Below, one piece after another: positions 61,067 to 64,000 of a stretch of DNA of 64,000 nucleotides. Under the pieces are notes generated by a model. The model made no database searches, was not told the origin of the DNA, and saw nothing but the letters and a program-made list of their open reading frames with translations. Position 1 is the stretch's first letter; each line of letters begins with the position of its first letter. This DNA comes from Bacteroidales bacterium. Lineage in GTDB: Bacteria; Bacteroidota; Bacteroidia; Bacteroidales; PXBB01. Location: positions 14,735 through 78,734 of the forward strand of contig JAQVVM010000014.1 in the NCBI GenBank assembly GCA_028698995.1, given 5' to 3'. The position numbers were made by a program, and so were the translations under genes.

Positions 61067-62335
61067 TTATATCTTAATAAACCTTAAAGAGTTACATTCA
61101 TCTTCCGACTTCACACAGCAATAATATATGCCGGAGGAAAATGCTTCAAAATTCAGATTAATATCATTCTCTCCTTTTAATAAAGTTATGGGCTGAAAAA
61201 ATAAAACTTTGCCACATAAATCAAAAACATACAAACCCGCATTTTTAAAATTCTGCACTTTAATATTTAATACAGCATTATTTATAACCGGATTGGGGTA
61301 TAATGAAAGCGCATCATAATTAAAATTTTCGGTAATTTGATTTGTAGAAAGAACAACACCATTTTCATTATACACAGAAATTCCGCCTCCCAAAGTCCCA
61401 ATCCATTTGTTCCCATTATCGTCAATGTTAATAACTGATACCCAGTTGTTTGAAATACCTGAATTCCCAGTTTTCTTAAATGAAAAAACACCAGACTTAT
61501 AAATTCCAAGGCCGTTATAAGTTCCAAAATAAATAGTGTTTGTTAATTCTTCAAATTTTACGCAAAGTACTGTAGAGAAGTCAAAACCAGTATTTGAAAG
61601 ATTAAATAATGTCCAATGGTTATACCCATCAAATTTAACAAGGCCCAATTCTGTTCCTAACCAGATATTATTTTGAGCATCAAAATCAATAGCATAAACA
61701 ATATTTGATGGTAAATTCGAGTTGGTAGCATTGTATATTTGCCAGTTATAACCATCGAATTTTGCAAGACCACCGCCATGTGTTGCAATCCAGATATTAT
61801 CATATTCATCAATTTTAATATCATAAACGCCATTTACAGGTAACTCTGAATTATACATATTATAAGTTTCCCATTCATTCTCATTATACCTTGCAATTCC
61901 CCCACCCCATGTACCAAACCATTTTTGATTCTGATTGTCAAAATCAAGTGAAGTTATATTATTGACGGGTAGTCCTGAATTAGATGTATTATAAAGCGTC
62001 CATGCTCTCTGACTTGGATTATTGTCAATAGAAATTAATCCATTGCTTGTTCCAATCCATTTTGTACCATCCTCTGCAACAGCAATGGATCTTACGTAAT
62101 TATCGAGTAAATCAGAATTTGATGTATTATACACTTCCCAATTATTATCTTGTAATAAATTTAATCCATTAATAGTTGCTATCCATACTTTACCCTCATC
62201 AAAATCAATATCTTTCACTGAATTACTTGACAAACCGGAGTTGTTTTGTTTGAATGTTACCCATTCACTGTTTGAAACTTGAGCGCTTGCTATAGAATAA
62301 CAGCAAATCATCAAAAAGATAATAAATGTTTTCAT
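61067..62335 (-). CDS. T9SS-secreted protein with two-component-regulator-propeller (Reg_prop) repeats
   Basis: Signal peptide, then about 7-8 repeats of the type N..V..I..D..G..WIGT..GL. The C-terminal LYPNPVINNAVLNI...GIYYCCV...LRFIKI matches the T9SS CTD. Confidence 0.75.
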   Translation of the reverse strand: MKTFIIFLMICCYSIASAQVSNSEWVTFKQNNSGLSSNSVKDIDFDEGKVWIATINGLNLLQDNNWEVYNTSNSDLLDNYVRSIAVAEDGTKWIGTSNGLISIDNNPSQRAWTLYNTSNSGLPVNNITSLDFDNQNQKWFGTWGGGIARYNENEWETYNMYNSELPVNGVYDIKIDEYDNIWIATHGGGLAKFDGYNWQIYNATNSNLPSNIVYAIDFDAQNNIWLGTELGLVKFDGYNHWTLFNLSNTGFDFSTVLCVKFEELTNTIYFGTYNGLGIYKSGVFSFKKTGNSGISNNWVSVINIDDNGNKWIGTLGGGISVYNENGVVLSTNQITENFNYDALSLYPNPVINNAVLNIKVQNFKNAGLYVFDLCGKVLFFQPITLLKGENDINLNFEAFSSGIYYCCVKSEDECNSLRFIKI

Positions 62336-62440
62336 AATTAATAGTTATTAAAGGTTTATCATAAGACGAATTAAAATTTTGAAAAGTTACAGACAAAAAA
62401 AAATTACATTCATAACATTTTCTATAAGTATATTTGTAAA

Positions 62441-64000
62441 ATGAAAAAGATATTAATCTTAAGCTACTTTTTCCCTCCTTCTAACTTTGCAGGCAGTTAT
62501 AGAGTTGCTTCATTTGCCAAATATTTTCATAAATACGGTTATTATCCCATAGTTATAACACGTCAGGCGCCTAATAATGCAGGCACTTTCAGAGAAATGG
62601 CAGGAAGTTGCGGAACAGACATTATATTTGAGAAACATGATGGGTACGAGGTTTACTATTTACCCTATAAAGCCAATCTAAGAGACAGGATTTATTCAAG
62701 ATATGGTGATAATAAATTAGTTTGGCTCCGAAAAATGCTTAGTTTTTTTGAATTGATTTTCCAAGGTATTACTGTAAAAGCTATCCCCTATGCCAATATC
62801 TATTTTTTTGCTAAAGATTTTTTGAAAAAAAATAAAGATATTGATTTTCTTCTGTGTTCAGGAAAGCCATATCAACTGTTTTTGTTCGCCCATTTATTAA
62901 ATAAAAAATTTAAAATCAAATGGATAGCAGACTATAGGGATGAGTGGAACAGCTTGTTTAGTAATAATAATATTAAATTAAATTTCAAGGAAAGATTTTT
63001 CTTAAATTTTGATTCTCAACTTGAAAAAAAATGGACTAAAAGTGCCTCTCTAATCACAACAGTTACAGAAGAATGGGCAAAAAACCTTTCCAACTTTCTT
63101 AATAAGCCTTGCAAAGTTGTTTTAAATGGGTTTGATTTTGAAATAATCGACAGTTTCCGTTCAGCGCATAAGACATCCTCAGACAAGGAAAGTCTTGTTA
63201 TCTTACATCTTGGCTCACTTTACGATTATCAACCCATTGAAATATTTATTGAAGCTGTTATAAATCTTTTAAGAAAAAATTTTAAAATTTCATGTTTTTT
63301 CCCTGGAATAACCAATAGCTTCAATAATGAGAAGCGATTACAAGATCTCACAAATGATTTTTCAGATAGTTTTGTATTAATGCCAAGAATTGATCAAAAA
63401 AAAGTATATCATCTTATGGCTAAAGCGGATATATTTATTATGATTGGTTATCAAGATATTAAAGGGTGGATGTCGAGTAAAATATTGGAATATTTACCAT
63501 GGCATAAGCCAATTATTTTATGCCCAAGCGATAATGGTATTCTCGAACATCTGATTAAACCATACTCCAAATCATTTGTTTGTAACACTTCAGAAGAAGT
63601 TGAAAAAAACATTATTTCAATTTACAATAATAAAAAACAACTTTGTGATTTTAATGCTGATGATGAAATTTACTGTAAAAATTTCACTCGTGAAAAACAA
63701 GTTGAAATACTTTCAAATTATTTAAACAAAATTTCTTTTCAGATGAATGAAAATATTAAAGTACTATGTTTTCACAGAGTTTCAGATGAGTACAGTCCTG
63801 CTTATCCACCCATTCCAATTAAAACCTTTGAGAAAATATTAATCTATCTTAAAAAAAGATACGAAATCATTGGTTTTGATGACATACAGAAATCCACTAA
63901 AAAGCCAAAAATTATAATAACATTTGATGATGGTTATAAGGATTTCTACACAAATGTTTTCCCCCTTTTAAAAAAGTATCAAATACGGGCTATACTTTGC
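62441..64000 (+). CDS. GT4-like glycosyltransferase fused in frame to a CE4 polysaccharide deacetylase domain (3'-truncated by the window edge)
   Basis: Not in the ORF track because no stop is reached. I read 520 codons from the ATG at 62441 to nt 64000 without a stop. The N-terminus is MKKILILSYFFPPSNFAGSYRVASFAKYF... (GT-B/GT4-like). From the in-frame ATG at 63743 the sequence is MNENIKVLCFHRV...IITFDDGYKDFYTNVFPLL, a CE4 N-terminus like those of the two stand-alone paralogues. Confidence 0.7.
   Translation, partial: MKKILILSYFFPPSNFAGSYRVASFAKYFHKYGYYPIVITRQAPNNAGTFREMAGSCGTDIIFEKHDGYEVYYLPYKANLRDRIYSRYGDNKLVWLRKMLSFFELIFQGITVKAIPYANIYFFAKDFLKKNKDIDFLLCSGKPYQLFLFAHLLNKKFKIKWIADYRDEWNSLFSNNNIKLNFKERFFLNFDSQLEKKWTKSASLITTVTEEWAKNLSNFLNKPCKVVLNGFDFEIIDSFRSAHKTSSDKESLVILHLGSLYDYQPIEIFIEAVINLLRKNFKISCFFPGITNSFNNEKRLQDLTNDFSDSFVLMPRIDQKKVYHLMAKADIFIMIGYQDIKGWMSSKILEYLPWHKPIILCPSDNGILEHLIKPYSKSFVCNTSEEVEKNIISIYNNKKQLCDFNADDEIYCKNFTREKQVEILSNYLNKISFQMNENIKVLCFHRVSDEYSPAYPPIPIKTFEKILIYLKKRYEIIGFDDIQKSTKKPKIIITFDDGYKDFYTNVFPLLKKYQIRAILC

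Noticed and set aside
62429-62436. TATATTTG upstream of the GT4::CE4 gene as a -7 box
   Set aside because: It ends 4 nt before the ATG, so a transcript starting downstream of it would lack the start codon. It is probably fortuitous unless the true start codon lies further downstream.
1-64000. Searched by eye for defence systems, toxin-antitoxin pairs, integrases/transposases, reverse transcriptases, tRNA/rRNA genes and prophage genes
   Set aside because: Every ORF of 60 aa or more that is not an antisense shadow is accounted for by envelope, housekeeping or glycan-biosynthesis families. No nuclease/ATPase/helicase-type defence signatures, tRNA-like sequences or terminal inverted repeats of IS elements were seen.

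Overview
AT-rich chromosomal segment that looks like Bacteroidota. The evidence is two C-terminal T9SS sorting domains, a UpxY-type NusG-like antiterminator, FISUMP lipoproteins, and TAnnTTTG -7 boxes upstream of many transcription units. I count about 60 protein genes. I saw no rRNA, tRNA, CRISPR array, transposase, integrase, prophage or recognisable defence genes.

Layout:
- (1) 1-5.7 kb: housekeeping and envelope genes, plus an unexplained G+C-rich repeat element in a convergent intergenic gap (about 1.19-1.60 kb).
- (2) 5.85-25.0 kb: one co-directional minus-strand surface-polysaccharide locus headed by UpxY. It encodes a WbpP-like epimerase, gmd, fcl, rfbA, Wzx, HIT, cytidylyltransferase, LicD, Wzy, a GT4, a three-gene NDP-6-deoxyhexose cassette, a CapK-like ligase, a methyltransferase-like protein, and a DUF354 / 2-epimerase / DUF354 triad. 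It ends at a clear terminator.
- (3) 25.2-42.9 kb: mostly ordinary genes (TPR protein, lgt, mtaB, trxB, Nif3 with its Zn-ribbon partner, lpxK, PNP, an alpha/beta hydrolase). This stretch is interrupted by a 1753-aa T9SS surface protein built from 768-bp tandem units.
- (4) 43.0-64.0 kb: a second, mosaic glycosylation island made of many short units in alternating orientation. It holds five GT2s, GT61, GT11, GT14, a UXS/ArnA-C-like SDR, WecE, a WecD-like GNAT, a methyltransferase, a GT-C-like membrane protein, three CE4 deacetylase domains, two or three GNATs, and an embedded T9SS cargo gene.

Best candidate for something undescribed: a lipid-carrier (GtrB/ArnC-type GT2 plus GT-C) glycosylation module that appears to be fed by a dTDP-Fuc4NAc (WecE/WecD) branch. 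Nearby de-N-acetylase and acyltransferase genes parallel the Arn/Lgm/Flm pathways and the Vim proteins. All functional calls rest on motifs I recognised by eye. No database search was run.
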